From IMG/VR virus record IMGVR_UViG_3300009008_000026, positions 13,907 to 77,906 of that record: a stretch of 64,000 bases of DNA. One strand, 5' to 3'. Below, piece by piece: positions 1 through 9,991 of this stretch. Origin of the DNA: a virus. The notes beneath the pieces were generated by a model. The model saw nothing but the letters and a program-made list of their open reading frames with translations. It was not told where the DNA came from and searched no databases. The number at the start of each line of letters is the position of its first letter. Position 1 is the first letter of the stretch. A program made the translations under genes and the position numbers.

Positions 1-127
1 TTTCTGTAGGTCTGGTCGTCGAAGCGCAATCATAGTAGAGGTATTGAAAAAGCTCGGCTATGAGGCACACGACATTAAATCTTTCGAGCTAGCAAAGAAA
101 ATTTACAAAAGTGCTACAAATTAAATT

Positions 128-156
128 TTGACTTTCACATCATAACGTGATAGAAT
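128..156 (+). promoter_or_regulatory. sigma70-type promoter
   Basis: TTGACT-17 bp-TAGAAT upstream of RBS AGAGGAG and ATG at 184. Confidence 0.6.
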
Positions 157-183
157 ATATTATAACAACCAGAGGAGCACAAA

Positions 184-474
184 ATGACAATTCAGCCGAT
201 TAACCAAATTCACCCCGAAGCCCTATTCTTAGAGCCTCGCGAACATTTTGATAAAGCCCTTGTAGGGGTAGTTGCCTCGCCAGAGGATCATTGGCCGAGA
301 GTTGAATCTATGAATGTTGCAGCTTACGACACTTATCTCTGCATCGCTGCAATTCAGGTGTGGCTTGAGTGTTCAGATGAGGAAGCTGCCGAGTGGTTTG
401 ATTTTAATACTGCAGGGGCATGGCTTGGCGAGGGCACTCCCACATTCATCACGACAGAAGATGATGAGTACTAA
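184..474 (+). CDS. hypothetical phage protein
   Basis: ORF with RBS; C-terminal EWFDFNTAGAWLGEGTPTFI resembles a common small phage protein. Confidence 0.7.
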   Translation: MTIQPINQIHPEALFLEPREHFDKALVGVVASPEDHWPRVESMNVAAYDTYLCIAAIQVWLECSDEEAAEWFDFNTAGAWLGEGTPTFITTEDDEY

Positions 475-697
475 CTTTATTAGGACGAGCGATGGTAAAA
501 TCTACCTACCGCGCCCAAAGGGCTGGATGCATGGGATGGGCTTGCAGAGCCTGTTCAGAAAAGCGCTTAACGAGCAAATTCACATCGCCGCCCCGACATA
601 CTGGGAAGAACTAAAGAGAGATAACGAGATGCTTACCCTAGTAAAAGTAACAGAAGACAAATACACAGTACAACCAGCGGAGGAACAAAATGATTGA
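461..697 (+). CDS. hypothetical protein
   Basis: In frame with track ORF 314..697; start moved to ATG 461, overlapping the upstream stop. Confidence 0.6.
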   Translation: MMSTNFIRTSDGKIYLPRPKGWMHGMGLQSLFRKALNEQIHIAAPTYWEELKRDNEMLTLVKVTEDKYTVQPAEEQND

Positions 698-908
698 GTT
701 TGCTTATTTAGTAATTGGATCTATTATCTTTTATAGCGTCTTTACCTTGGTGGTGGAGATACTCCATGACATCAGGAATAAAAAGTACGAACTCGCAGAC
801 GCCAGAGATACAGAAGAGCGACAAATCGCTGGTGAAGAGACGAGTGAAGTTGCTTTGGACTATTTACAATTAGCGAAAAGGTCAGGGAGCCCGCGTGAAA
901 CTCGTTAG
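690..908 (+). CDS. small membrane protein
   Basis: RBS GGAGG; N-terminal hydrophobic helix. Confidence 0.65.
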   Translation: MIEFAYLVIGSIIFYSVFTLVVEILHDIRNKKYELADARDTEERQIAGEETSEVALDYLQLAKRSGSPRETR

Positions 909-1191
909 AGATAAGATACCCCAAATAATCATAGAAGATGGAAAAACTCCGATTTATCATGTTGCCGATGTAGCAGAACATAAGCGCGAGTTATTTAATA
1001 AGGTGGCAGAGGAGCTAGAAGAGTTTCGGGCAGATCCTTCACTCGTTGAGGCAGCCGACCTTGTTGAGGCAGTCTTTTCGCTTATCGAGATTCACAGCCT
1101 TAAGATGGCTTCGGTTGCCAAGGCAGGACTTGCAAAGGCACAAGCTGCCGGAGGCTTTGGCCGCGGCATAATTCTTGAGAGAGTCGAATAA
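895..1191 (+). CDS. MazG-like / phosphoribosyl-ATP pyrophosphohydrolase-like NTP pyrophosphatase
   Basis: KLVRDKIPQII...EELEEF...EAADLVE motif. Confidence 0.75.
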   Translation: MKLVRDKIPQIIIEDGKTPIYHVADVAEHKRELFNKVAEELEEFRADPSLVEAADLVEAVFSLIEIHSLKMASVAKAGLAKAQAAGGFGRGIILERVE

Positions 1192-1429
1192 AGTGGTGAG
1201 AGCACAAATCAAATCTGGAGACTTGGTAAAACACAAGTCAACTTGGCACGACTATGGAGTTGGGCTTATTATTCGCAAAACTGGAAAGATCAATACGTGG
1301 GGAATGAGGCACGATCCAGACGAGCACATGAGATGGTGGGTTCACTGGACAAACTCACCCAGCGAACCAGAGTCTAACGGATTTTCTATAACTTACGAAA
1401 CGGACGTTACAATCGTTCATGCCGCATAA
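1175..1429 (+). CDS. SH3/KOW-like minigene family member (true start probably GTG ~1193-1196)
   Basis: IKSGDLVKH...GVGLII...WWVHW...DVTIV pattern. Confidence 0.6.
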   Translation: MRESNKVVRAQIKSGDLVKHKSTWHDYGVGLIIRKTGKINTWGMRHDPDEHMRWWVHWTNSPSEPESNGFSITYETDVTIVHAA

Positions 1430-1441
1430 AAGGAGAAATAC

Positions 1442-1558
1442 ATGTTTAAACATTTAACACAAGCAGACAACACAGTAGACTTCGAACCAGATCACGTCCC
1501 AGAGGGCGGTTCAACTATCGACATACAATACACAATAATGGGCGATTGCCAACAATAA
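1442..1558 (+). CDS. 38-aa hypothetical protein (not in ORF track)
   Basis: AAGGAG RBS, ATG 1442, TAA 1556-1558; fills the gap. Confidence 0.45.
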   Translation: MFKHLTQADNTVDFEPDHVPEGGSTIDIQYTIMGDCQQ

Positions 1559-1568
1559 AGGAAAGACA

Positions 1569-1742
1569 ATGAGAAAAGGACTAGAAGACAGAGACAGACG
1601 CCGTGAAGCCGCAGAGGACAGGGCAGAGCAGCGTGAAAACCGCACAGCACAGCAGCAACTAGACAAACTAGACGCACTCCTCGGAGAAGGCGTAGGTGCA
1701 GTCAAAGAGCGTGCCCGCCTTGAGAAACAACTCCGAGATTAA
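1569..1742 (+). CDS. 57-aa hypothetical phage protein (not in ORF track)
   Basis: AAGGA RBS; MRKGLEDRDRRREAAEDRAEQRENRTAQQQLDKLDALLGEGVGAVKERARLEKQLRD. Confidence 0.65.
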   Translation: MRKGLEDRDRRREAAEDRAEQRENRTAQQQLDKLDALLGEGVGAVKERARLEKQLRD

Positions 1743-1752
1743 AGGAAATAAA

Positions 1753-2583
1753 ATGATAGTAATAAACAATGGCGAGAAGAACCCAAGAGCAGGCGAACTC
1801 AAAGAGTGGAAGGATGTCAGAAGAACAGCAAATGGTAGGATGGGATACGCAGGACATCCAGACGCCGAACCTTCTGTTTTAGACACATTGGCGAGAGATT
1901 CGCATCACCCAGTTCGCTACGCTGTTGCCTCAAACCCAAGCACTCGTCCTGACACTCTCAAATGGTTGTATACGAGCAAAGGAAAATCTAACAATAAACA
2001 CATGAAAGCAGCATTGGCGAGCAATCCCTCTATCCCTATTGAAATGCTGGAAGAGTTATTTCTTATAGTCTCCGAACACATAGATGAAAACCAGTGGGAT
2101 ACAACGAGAGAGGAGATAGAAAAAGCGGTTGCACTAAATCCAAGCACACCCGAAAGTATGCTCCTCCGCATCGTAGAAAACCCGACTCATCCAAAGCAAC
2201 TCCAGTATGTGATGAAGAACGAAGGCGACGGACTAACAGAAGCAGTCATTCGCAAAGTGGCAGAGGACGACGGATGGGGAGTGAGTGTCGTAGCAAAGCA
2301 CCCAAGACTGCCCCTTGACTTTATTGAGGACTACTCCAAATCAAAGAAATGGGGCGTTCGGAATAGCATAGCAGAGCATCCATCAACACCTGTTGAGATA
2401 CTGCGAGAACTCGCCAATGATGAAGAACTCTCATTCGGTTTTTACACAGTGAGAAAAGCAGTGGAGAAGAACCCAAACACTCCCGAAGATGTTCTCGTAA
2501 ACATCCAGACAAGAGAAGAGAAGTGGGCGGAAGAGTTAGGATTCAAAAACGCTTACGAACAAAAACAACTCCGAGACAAGTAA
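1753..2583 (+). CDS. leucine-rich-repeat-variant (LRV/HEAT-like) repeat protein
   Basis: Repeated VRxAVAxNPSTPxxxL units; RBS AAGGA before ATG 1753. Confidence 0.75.
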   Translation: MIVINNGEKNPRAGELKEWKDVRRTANGRMGYAGHPDAEPSVLDTLARDSHHPVRYAVASNPSTRPDTLKWLYTSKGKSNNKHMKAALASNPSIPIEMLEELFLIVSEHIDENQWDTTREEIEKAVALNPSTPESMLLRIVENPTHPKQLQYVMKNEGDGLTEAVIRKVAEDDGWGVSVVAKHPRLPLDFIEDYSKSKKWGVRNSIAEHPSTPVEILRELANDEELSFGFYTVRKAVEKNPNTPEDVLVNIQTREEKWAEELGFKNAYEQKQLRDK

Positions 2584-2594
2584 AGGAAATAATA

Positions 2595-2912
2595 ATGAGC
2601 ATCGCAACAAAAAGAAAAAAACTTAGAAACAAGCACATGCTTTCTAATGACGCTAATGAATATGTCCACTCAGAAGAGACTCGTTCCGCTGGATTGGCTA
2701 AATCTGAAGACTTCATATTCAATGGAATCTCTTCAAGGAATAAAGACATAAGCGTTTATTTAGCGCAAGATGATAATAGTTATGTCATCGATCTTACCGC
2801 TGATAACATCTATGGACCATTTGATGATCTCGGTGACGCTATATTATTTTCCAACAAGGCGTTTGGAACTAAAAATCTTAAAACCCGACCTGTCTTCATA
2901 GACGCCGAATAA
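2595..2912 (+). CDS. hypothetical protein
   Basis: RBS AAGGA before ATG 2595. Confidence 0.6.
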   Translation: MSIATKRKKLRNKHMLSNDANEYVHSEETRSAGLAKSEDFIFNGISSRNKDISVYLAQDDNSYVIDLTADNIYGPFDDLGDAILFSNKAFGTKNLKTRPVFIDAE

Positions 2913-2932
2913 AATACCTTTTAGGGATAGAG

Positions 2933-3172
2933 ATGAGACTTGGCGATCTGGTAAGGGTAAGATTTAGAAGACTTATGCCACACCAACGCTTCGGCCCGCC
3001 CGAATGGGAAGAGTGGTGGGAAGAGGGCGGAGTTGTTGCTGCAGAATATCACACTTGGGAAAAGATCGTGAGTGTTCTCCATAAGGGTGAGATAATTAGA
3101 AAGGAAGCGAACGATGTGCAGCTGATCTCCAGGAGTAAAAACGCCGCGAAAACAGAAGAAACCGCCGATTAG
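2933..3172 (+). CDS. SH3/KOW-like minigene family member
   Basis: MRLGDLVRV...GGVV...DVQLIS. Confidence 0.65.
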   Translation: MRLGDLVRVRFRRLMPHQRFGPPEWEEWWEEGGVVAAEYHTWEKIVSVLHKGEIIRKEANDVQLISRSKNAAKTEETAD

Positions 3173-3173
3173 G

Positions 3174-3182
3174 ACTATTTAT
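3174..3182 (+). promoter_or_regulatory. putative late-promoter motif CTATTTAT
   Basis: ACTATTTAT 4 nt before ATG 3187; the same motif recurs at many gene starts. Confidence 0.5.
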
Positions 3183-3186
3183 TATC

Positions 3187-4092
3187 ATGAAACTTATAAT
3201 GGAATCTTGGCGTGGATACTTAAATGAGTCAGCCCCGCAGGTGGCGGACGAGAAGACAGACCTACTCTTCGATAAACAGATCACAGCGATGCTCGAAAAA
3301 GCAGGATTGCTTGAAGAAGGACCCCAGTGGGATAAGATAAAAGCCTTCGCCAGGAGGAAAGGCATTCCAATCGCCACTGCGCTCGCCTTGCTTGGTGCCC
3401 CCGTTGCCGGCGTCAAAGCCGGACAATCTCTAGCATCCAAGCATAACACAGAGATAGCCACACAGCAAGCAGAAGAAGATGCTGCAGCACAACAAGCTCG
3501 CGATGCTCGCTTTGGCGCTGACTTTGGAGAGTTGCCGGCAGAGTATAATGATCTTTCAAATGATGAGTCCACCCGGCTCGCTTGGTCTCAATACGACAAT
3601 CGCACTCCCATAGCGGCACCCGTCAGTGGGTTGTTGACCGTCCTCTCCGGCGGAAACATAGAGAATCGCCCCTTTATGGCGTATGAGGTGCTTCCAGGCG
3701 ATGTAATGCCCTTAAATCAGCTAACAGCCGAAGACTACAGGGCGCAGGTACAGGCCCAACTAGAAGACGATGGTCCTCAAGGAGTGGTGTACCTCCGAAA
3801 TCAATTATTCGGCGACACCGGCAAGTGGCTTTCGGGCTCCGGCAACGAGACGTTCAGGATGGTTGATGGCAACCCAATTCTCCCACCTTCATGGTCTGTT
3901 GCCTATGACGTCTACGCTGAAGCGGTTGTGGAGAGAGTCGCGCAGATTAGAGATATCGCGTCTATCTCTCCGGAAAATACCTTGGAAGTCGCTCGCAGGT
4001 TTAATTTAGAATCTGCCGATGAGCTGGAAGCCTTCTTACAACATGAGTTATGGAAGGTTGGCGCCGGCACACCGAGCAATGATATAGAATAA
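3187..4092 (+). CDS. putative virion-packaged protein with MKLxxExW motif
   Basis: N-terminus MKLIMESWRGYLNE; internal hydrophobic segment. Confidence 0.7.
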   Translation: MKLIMESWRGYLNESAPQVADEKTDLLFDKQITAMLEKAGLLEEGPQWDKIKAFARRKGIPIATALALLGAPVAGVKAGQSLASKHNTEIATQQAEEDAAAQQARDARFGADFGELPAEYNDLSNDESTRLAWSQYDNRTPIAAPVSGLLTVLSGGNIENRPFMAYEVLPGDVMPLNQLTAEDYRAQVQAQLEDDGPQGVVYLRNQLFGDTGKWLSGSGNETFRMVDGNPILPPSWSVAYDVYAEAVVERVAQIRDIASISPENTLEVARRFNLESADELEAFLQHELWKVGAGTPSNDIE

Positions 4093-4097
4093 ACTCC

Positions 4098-4126
4098 TTG
4101 ACAGCACCATTCGTTCATGCTATATT
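4098..4126 (+). promoter_or_regulatory. sigma70-type promoter
   Basis: TTGACA-17 bp-TATATT with TG extension. Confidence 0.65.
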
Positions 4127-4142
4127 AATAATAGGAGGAAGA

Positions 4143-4337
4143 ATGAAAACAGTTTTACTGATAGTTATGGGTTTGTCTTTAGGTTGGGGTGTTGGTTATC
4201 TACCCGTCATGCTGATAGATGACTCGTCCGCTATTATGATGATCGACCAAGCGCAACTTGATGATGAGGGGAGCAATCTGTTATGGAGTGTGGATTTAAT
4301 GGATTTACAATTGGGGGTGTGCTATGACGAATACTAG
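4143..4337 (+). CDS. small membrane protein
   Basis: AGGAGG RBS; hydrophobic N-terminus. Confidence 0.55.
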   Translation: MKTVLLIVMGLSLGWGVGYLPVMLIDDSSAIMMIDQAQLDDEGSNLLWSVDLMDLQLGVCYDEY

Positions 4338-5322
4338 TACAACTAAGAAACGAATATTAATTTTTGATGCTTTGAACGCATATTTGAGGGCATACATAGT
4401 TGACCCGAGCCTTTCAACGAACGGAGATCCGATCGGCGGAATCAAGGGGTTCATTAAGATCTTGCAACGACACGTTCGCGAGACAAGCCCGGATCAAATC
4501 GTTATCGTTTGGGACGGACCAAACGGCTCTCGCAAGCGCAAGAGCGTAGACAAGAACTACAAGGCAGGACGGAAACCCATTCGGCTAAACCGAGCTTTCC
4601 ACAACCTCACAGACGACGAAGAACTGCAAAATAAGATGTGGCAACAAACACGCCTCATAGAATATTTTAACAATATGCCGATTATCCAGTTTATGCTCCC
4701 AGAGGTAGAGGCTGATGATGTGATTGCTTTTATCACTCAGATGCCAGAGTATAAGGGTTGGCAAAAGATCGTCGTTTCAAATGACAAAGACTTTATGCAG
4801 TTGTGCGACGACGAAACAATTCTCTGGCGCCCCACCCAGAACGAGATCCTCAATAAGAAAAGTATTATTGAGAAGACCGGCGTTCACCCTGTCAATATGG
4901 CGCTAGCACGCGCAATTGTTGGCGACACTAGTGATAATCTTCCGGGTGTTAAAGGGGCTGGCTTTGCGACGGTGAGTAAACGCTTGAACTTTTTGTCAGA
5001 TTCAAAGATTTACACAATTGATGATGTTATTGAATTCTGCGAGAAGACGAGTGCGAAACTTAAAATCTTTAACAATATCACAGAGAACCGAAAACTCATT
5101 GAGCACAACTACAAGATGATGCAGCTATATGCACCCCAATTATCGGTGCAGGGTAAAGATCATGTACGATATTCTATTGAAAACTTTGAGTGCGACTTTA
5201 ACAGGACGGATGTTATTAGGATGATGAGAGAGGATGGCTTCGGCGAATTAAATTGGGAAGATCTCCGTGCCGGGTTGAATAAAGTTCGCAAGGGATGCAC
5301 TAATACAACTGGTGGAGTATAA
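4324..5322 (+). CDS. 5'-3' exonuclease / flap endonuclease (PolA N-terminal / T4 RNase H-like)
   Basis: LIFDALN, VWDG, YKAGR, EADDVI, SNDKDFMQL, GDTSDNLPGVKGAG motifs. Confidence 0.92.
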   Translation: MTNTSTTKKRILIFDALNAYLRAYIVDPSLSTNGDPIGGIKGFIKILQRHVRETSPDQIVIVWDGPNGSRKRKSVDKNYKAGRKPIRLNRAFHNLTDDEELQNKMWQQTRLIEYFNNMPIIQFMLPEVEADDVIAFITQMPEYKGWQKIVVSNDKDFMQLCDDETILWRPTQNEILNKKSIIEKTGVHPVNMALARAIVGDTSDNLPGVKGAGFATVSKRLNFLSDSKIYTIDDVIEFCEKTSAKLKIFNNITENRKLIEHNYKMMQLYAPQLSVQGKDHVRYSIENFECDFNRTDVIRMMREDGFGELNWEDLRAGLNKVRKGCTNTTGGV

Positions 5323-5336
5323 AACTTATTTTTTAC

Positions 5337-5367
5337 TTGACTTCGAGGAATTATTGAGTTATATATT
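5337..5367 (+). promoter_or_regulatory. sigma70-type promoter
   Basis: TTGACT-17 bp-TATATA in the intergenic region. Confidence 0.5.
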
Positions 5368-5387
5368 ATACAACAGTGAGGGAATAA

Positions 5388-6758
5388 ATGCGAGACGATA
5401 GGGTTGATTTTAGCAGGTACGGAAAGGCATTTCAAGAAGGGCTCGTTCAGCTTATTTTTGAAGATCGGCCCTTTGCGGACCAGATCACAGAAGTGCTGGA
5501 TATACAGTTTATAGAATTGGAATATTTACGCCTGTTTACGACCTTAATCGTTGACTATCGCGAGAAATATGAAACTCATCCCTCTGTCGATATCATGCTG
5601 GTTTTGTTAAGAACAGAAATGGACAACGAAGATGAGGTTGTACAATCGCAAACTCGCGAATACTTTGCAAAAATTCATACCAAAGAATTAACTGATATAA
5701 AGTACATTAAAGAAACTGCGCTTGATTTCTGTCGTAAACAAAACCTAAAAGAAGCGATGATGGAGTCGGTCGGACTTCTCCAGAAGTGCTCTTTCGATGA
5801 AATCTCTACAGTTATTAATAATGCGCTTAAGCTTGGCTCTGATACTAATTTTGGATACGATTATCTTAAAGACTTCGAAGCGAGATTTGTGCCCAAATAT
5901 CGAAACCCCGTTACGACTGGTTGGCCAGAAATTGACTCAATAACGGGCGGTGGACTCGGCAAGAGTGAGCTAGGAGTGGTGATCGCTCCCACTGGTGCGG
6001 GCAAGAGCATGGTGCTCGTTCACTTGGGGACCCAAGCTATTAAGGAGGGGAAAACAGTTGTACACTATACTCTCGAATTACAAGACACTGTGGTTGCAAG
6101 CAGATATGATAGTTGTTTAACGGGGTATCCACTCAGCGATATCATAAACTTTAAAGAGGAGATTTACGAAGCCATCGGAGACATTGACGGCTCTTTAATT
6201 GTTAAGGAATATCCTACTAAATCAGCTACAACTAATACGATCCGCTCTCATTTATCTCGCCTAATAAAGCGCGGCATTAAGCCCGGGCTTGTTATTGTAG
6301 ATTATGCCGATCTTTTGAAGCCAGTTGTTGTAAGAAAAGAGAAAAGAAACGAACTCGAATCTATTTATGAAGACCTAAGAGGTTTGTCAACAGAGTTTAA
6401 ATGTCCTATCTGGACAGCTTCACAAACCAATCGTTCAGGACTGAGCGCAGAGGTCATTACGATGGAACAGATTTCGGAAGCATTTAATAAATGTTTTGTA
6501 GCCGATTTTATCTTTTCTATTTCGAGAACAATCGAAGATAAACAAAACAATCAGGGTAAGATGTTCATTGCGAAAAACAGAAACGGACCAGATGGCATTA
6601 TCTATCCGATTTTCATGGACACCTCGAATGTAAAAATAAAAATACTTCCACAGACCACAACTGCGGCTGTTGGGAGCATGCCTACACAAGCGCCACTTGG
6701 GGTAAAGCAACAACAAACATTGTTGCGACAAAAATACACAAAACTAAGAAGGAAATAA
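5388..6758 (+). CDS. dnaB: replicative DNA helicase (DnaB/T4 gp41-like)
   Basis: Walker A APTGAGKS, TLE, IVDYADL, ASQTNR, KNRNG. Confidence 0.92.
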   Translation: MRDDRVDFSRYGKAFQEGLVQLIFEDRPFADQITEVLDIQFIELEYLRLFTTLIVDYREKYETHPSVDIMLVLLRTEMDNEDEVVQSQTREYFAKIHTKELTDIKYIKETALDFCRKQNLKEAMMESVGLLQKCSFDEISTVINNALKLGSDTNFGYDYLKDFEARFVPKYRNPVTTGWPEIDSITGGGLGKSELGVVIAPTGAGKSMVLVHLGTQAIKEGKTVVHYTLELQDTVVASRYDSCLTGYPLSDIINFKEEIYEAIGDIDGSLIVKEYPTKSATTNTIRSHLSRLIKRGIKPGLVIVDYADLLKPVVVRKEKRNELESIYEDLRGLSTEFKCPIWTASQTNRSGLSAEVITMEQISEAFNKCFVADFIFSISRTIEDKQNNQGKMFIAKNRNGPDGIIYPIFMDTSNVKIKILPQTTTAAVGSMPTQAPLGVKQQQTLLRQKYTKLRRK

Positions 6759-6762
6759 GAGA

Positions 6763-8727
6763 ATGAGAACACTAGCCAATACACGTAAATTCAGATTATC
6801 CGATTCGTTTGTCGACCCCTACAAAGATAAAAATGTGCCTTGGGGCCCTGTTGGGTACGTTACCTACAAGCGCACTTACTCCCGCCGACTTAGTGAATTC
6901 GATCCAGATGCTACAGGCTCAGAAGAGTGGTACCAGACATGCCGGAGAGTTGTGGAGGGTATGTTTAACACTCAGAAAGAGCACGTTGTGCGTTTGGGGC
7001 TGGAATGGAACGACTCAAAGGCACAGCGCACAGCAAAAGACGCCTACGACAGACTATTTCACCTAAAATGGACACCACCTGGACGAGGGCTCTGGATGAT
7101 GGGCACCAAGTTCGTCGAAGAGAAGACTGCTGCTGGATTGTTCAATTGTGCTTTTCGCTCTACTCGCGAATTATCAAAGAAGGGTGGTTACCTGTTTGCA
7201 TGGATGATGGACGCCCTAATGCTTGGTATTGGTGTGGGCTTCGACACAGAAGGTGCCAACACACTAACGATCCAAGAGCCACAGTACACCGATGATGTAC
7301 ACATCATTGCTGACTCACGCGAGGGCTGGGTAGACTCGGTTCACCTCCTCCTTGATGGTTTCTTTTTCGGAAGCAAGGTGCCAAAGTTCGATTACTCAGC
7401 CATCAGACCTTTCGGTGCACTTATCAAGGGTTTCGGAGGCACATCGAGCGGTTCTGGTCCTCTAGAGGAGCTACATCGCAATCTGATCGAGCTATACACT
7501 TCGAAAGTCGGAGAAGACATTACATCCGTAGACATTGTTGATACAGAGAACCTTATAGGCAGATGCGTTGTATCTGGAAACGTCCGACGTTCTGCCGCGC
7601 TAGCGATGGGCGCCCACGACGACAAGCAGTATCTCCAGATGAAGAACGATCAAGAAAAACTATACCATCACCGCTGGGGATCAAACAACTCCTTCAATGC
7701 TGTTGTCGGAATGGACTACACTTGGCACGCTAAGCAATCGCAAAAGAACGGCGAGCCCGGATACATCTGGATGAACAACGCCAGAACCAAAGGGCGGTTT
7801 AAAGATGGCACACGCCTAGACGATGTTAACGTTGCTGGTTTCAATCCTTGTGTTGAACAACAGTTGGAGGACGCAGAGTTGTGCTGTCTTTGTGAGACTT
7901 TTCCGGCTAAGCATGACGATCTAGAGGATTACCTAAAAACATTAAAGATTGCATACCTTTACGGTAAAACTATTACCTTGTCAAACACACACTGGCCAGA
8001 GACAAACGCTAAGATGCTCAAGAACAGGCGCATTGGACTCTCACAGTCTGGCGTAGTGCAGGCATTTAATAAGCACGGTCGCCGCACAATGTACGAGTGG
8101 TGTGATAAGGCTTATGCATACGTTCAAGAGTTGGACGAAGAATACTCTAACTGGCTCTGTATCCCCAAGTCTGTGCGCATGACTTCTATTAAGCCGTCCG
8201 GCACTGTTTCATTACTCAATGGCTCAACTCCCGGGATTCACTTCCCAGAGAGCGAGTATTACATTCGACGTATCAGGTTCTCTAGGGACTCAAAAGTATT
8301 AGAGCGCCTCAAGGAGGCAGGATACAATGTGGAGGAAGACGCCTACACACCAAACACAGATGTAGTGGAGTTCCCTATTCATGAGCCCTATTTCACAAAG
8401 GGCAAGAAGAGTGTCAGCATGTGGGAACAACTGGAGATTGCTGCACAATACCAGCACTACTGGGCAGACAATTCTGTATCAGTTACAGTCACCTTCAACG
8501 AAGAAGAAGCTGCCCAGATTAAAGATGCTTTAGAGATGTATGAAACACGACTCAAGGCAGTCTCTTTCCTGAAGTATGAGGAGACTGGCTATAAACAAGC
8601 GCCCTATGAGCCGATCTCTCAAAAGCAATACGAAGAAATGAGTAAAAAGATCACACCGATTCAGCGAATCGATAGTGGTGAAGCACAGGGCACGAAGTTC
8701 TGTGATGGCGAAAGCTGCATAATTTAA
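6763..8727 (+). CDS. nrdJ: class II (adenosylcobalamin-dependent) ribonucleotide reductase
   Basis: PPGRGLW, NCAF, GNVRRSA, NPCVEQ, KPSGTVS, C-terminal FCDGESC; no small subunit adjacent. Confidence 0.92.
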   Translation: MRTLANTRKFRLSDSFVDPYKDKNVPWGPVGYVTYKRTYSRRLSEFDPDATGSEEWYQTCRRVVEGMFNTQKEHVVRLGLEWNDSKAQRTAKDAYDRLFHLKWTPPGRGLWMMGTKFVEEKTAAGLFNCAFRSTRELSKKGGYLFAWMMDALMLGIGVGFDTEGANTLTIQEPQYTDDVHIIADSREGWVDSVHLLLDGFFFGSKVPKFDYSAIRPFGALIKGFGGTSSGSGPLEELHRNLIELYTSKVGEDITSVDIVDTENLIGRCVVSGNVRRSAALAMGAHDDKQYLQMKNDQEKLYHHRWGSNNSFNAVVGMDYTWHAKQSQKNGEPGYIWMNNARTKGRFKDGTRLDDVNVAGFNPCVEQQLEDAELCCLCETFPAKHDDLEDYLKTLKIAYLYGKTITLSNTHWPETNAKMLKNRRIGLSQSGVVQAFNKHGRRTMYEWCDKAYAYVQELDEEYSNWLCIPKSVRMTSIKPSGTVSLLNGSTPGIHFPESEYYIRRIRFSRDSKVLERLKEAGYNVEEDAYTPNTDVVEFPIHEPYFTKGKKSVSMWEQLEIAAQYQHYWADNSVSVTVTFNEEEAAQIKDALEMYETRLKAVSFLKYEETGYKQAPYEPISQKQYEEMSKKITPIQRIDSGEAQGTKFCDGESCII

Positions 8728-8741
8728 TAAAAGGAGAAATA

Positions 8742-9023
8742 ATGGTCAAACCAGTTAACAGATATGTTCAAATAACCTCAATGAGAACAGAAACAGAAGA
8801 AACCCCAGCAGGAATCCTCCTGCCAGCGGATTTTAAACCAAAAGAATCTCGCCACAGAACAGCCTCAGTTGTAAGTTGGGCAGATGATGTTAGGTTCGCA
8901 GAAACCCTGGCTGTAGGTGCTGAAATCGTCATTGACAATACAATGGTAGAACAAATCGACACAGCAAAAGGTACAATTAGTGTTATACAGGATAATTACG
9001 TTATAGCAATTCTCAATGATTGA
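8742..9023 (+). CDS. groES: co-chaperonin GroES-like
   Basis: VKPVNRYV...ETPAGILLP...VIAIL, 93 aa. Confidence 0.7.
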   Translation: MVKPVNRYVQITSMRTETEETPAGILLPADFKPKESRHRTASVVSWADDVRFAETLAVGAEIVIDNTMVEQIDTAKGTISVIQDNYVIAILND

Positions 9024-9043
9024 GAGTTTGGAGCAACCATGAT

Positions 9044-9991
9044 ATGCCAATTGATAAAGACTTTTATAATGAAGCTTCAGGGACTAAGCTAGGGTGGGAT
9101 CCCTCTTGGTTCGGAGAGAAGTATTATGACGACAAGCTAGTTCGAGCGGTTAAGAAGTGGCAGAGGCAGCAGGGACTATCTGTTGACGGACTCGTGGGTC
9201 CGATGACTTTTCGTAGAATCTGGACCGAGAGGCAAGCGTCAATTTCTGAACACAAGCCAGAAAACGAGAAGTATTCAAATTACATTGTATATGCCGGCGA
9301 CTTTATTCCAATTGAGTGGAAAAAGGTTGTATTGTGGTCTGAGGAGTCGGGACATAAAGCCACCCCCGGCACCTATTATGATTATAGTAGCCGCCCCAAG
9401 AGGAGCATTCGCTATTTCGTGAACCATTGGGATGTGTGTTTGAACTCACGCTCATGCCAGAGAGTCTTAGACAATAGAGGAATCTCAGTCCACTTTCTCA
9501 TCGACAATGATGGAACAATCTACCAGACTGTTGATATGCAGCACGCATGTTGGCATGCCGGCTCTGAGCGCGCCAACAGAGCCTCGGTGGGAGTAGAGAT
9601 CTCGAATGCCTATTATCCAAAATACCAAGATTGGTATGTTGAAAACGGTCACGGAGAAAGGCCGATTGTCTCCGGTGCGCGCTGTCAAGGAGAAGGGTTA
9701 CCAGACTTCACAGATTTTTACCCAGTGCAGATAGAGGCGCTTAAAGCGCTTTGGAAAGCAATCCACAATGGATTAGAAATTCCTTACAACGCACCACTAA
9801 CTCAGTTTGGCAATACCTCAACAAAGTACGAACAGGATGTGAAATATGGAACGTTCGAGGGATTCGTTAGTCACTATCACGTTTCTAAGAACAAGATTGA
9901 TTGCGCCGGTTTGGATATAAAAACTCTTTTAGAAGAGGTGGAGAATGAAAAAGAACCAGCAACCGCTCCCTCGTGCTGTTGCGATCCGTGA
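9044..9991 (+). CDS. N-acetylmuramoyl-L-alanine amidase with peptidoglycan-binding domain (endolysin-like)
   Basis: AVKKWQRQQGLSVDGLVGPMT PG-binding motif; SVHFLIDNDGTIYQ, WHAG, GVEI, SHYHV...KIDC. Confidence 0.88.
   Translation: MPIDKDFYNEASGTKLGWDPSWFGEKYYDDKLVRAVKKWQRQQGLSVDGLVGPMTFRRIWTERQASISEHKPENEKYSNYIVYAGDFIPIEWKKVVLWSEESGHKATPGTYYDYSSRPKRSIRYFVNHWDVCLNSRSCQRVLDNRGISVHFLIDNDGTIYQTVDMQHACWHAGSERANRASVGVEISNAYYPKYQDWYVENGHGERPIVSGARCQGEGLPDFTDFYPVQIEALKALWKAIHNGLEIPYNAPLTQFGNTSTKYEQDVKYGTFEGFVSHYHVSKNKIDCAGLDIKTLLEEVENEKEPATAPSCCCDP

Noticed and set aside
3174-3182. CTATTTAT read as a minus-strand T4 late promoter (TATAAATA)
   Set aside because: There are no credible minus-strand genes downstream, and the motif is positioned relative to + strand starts.
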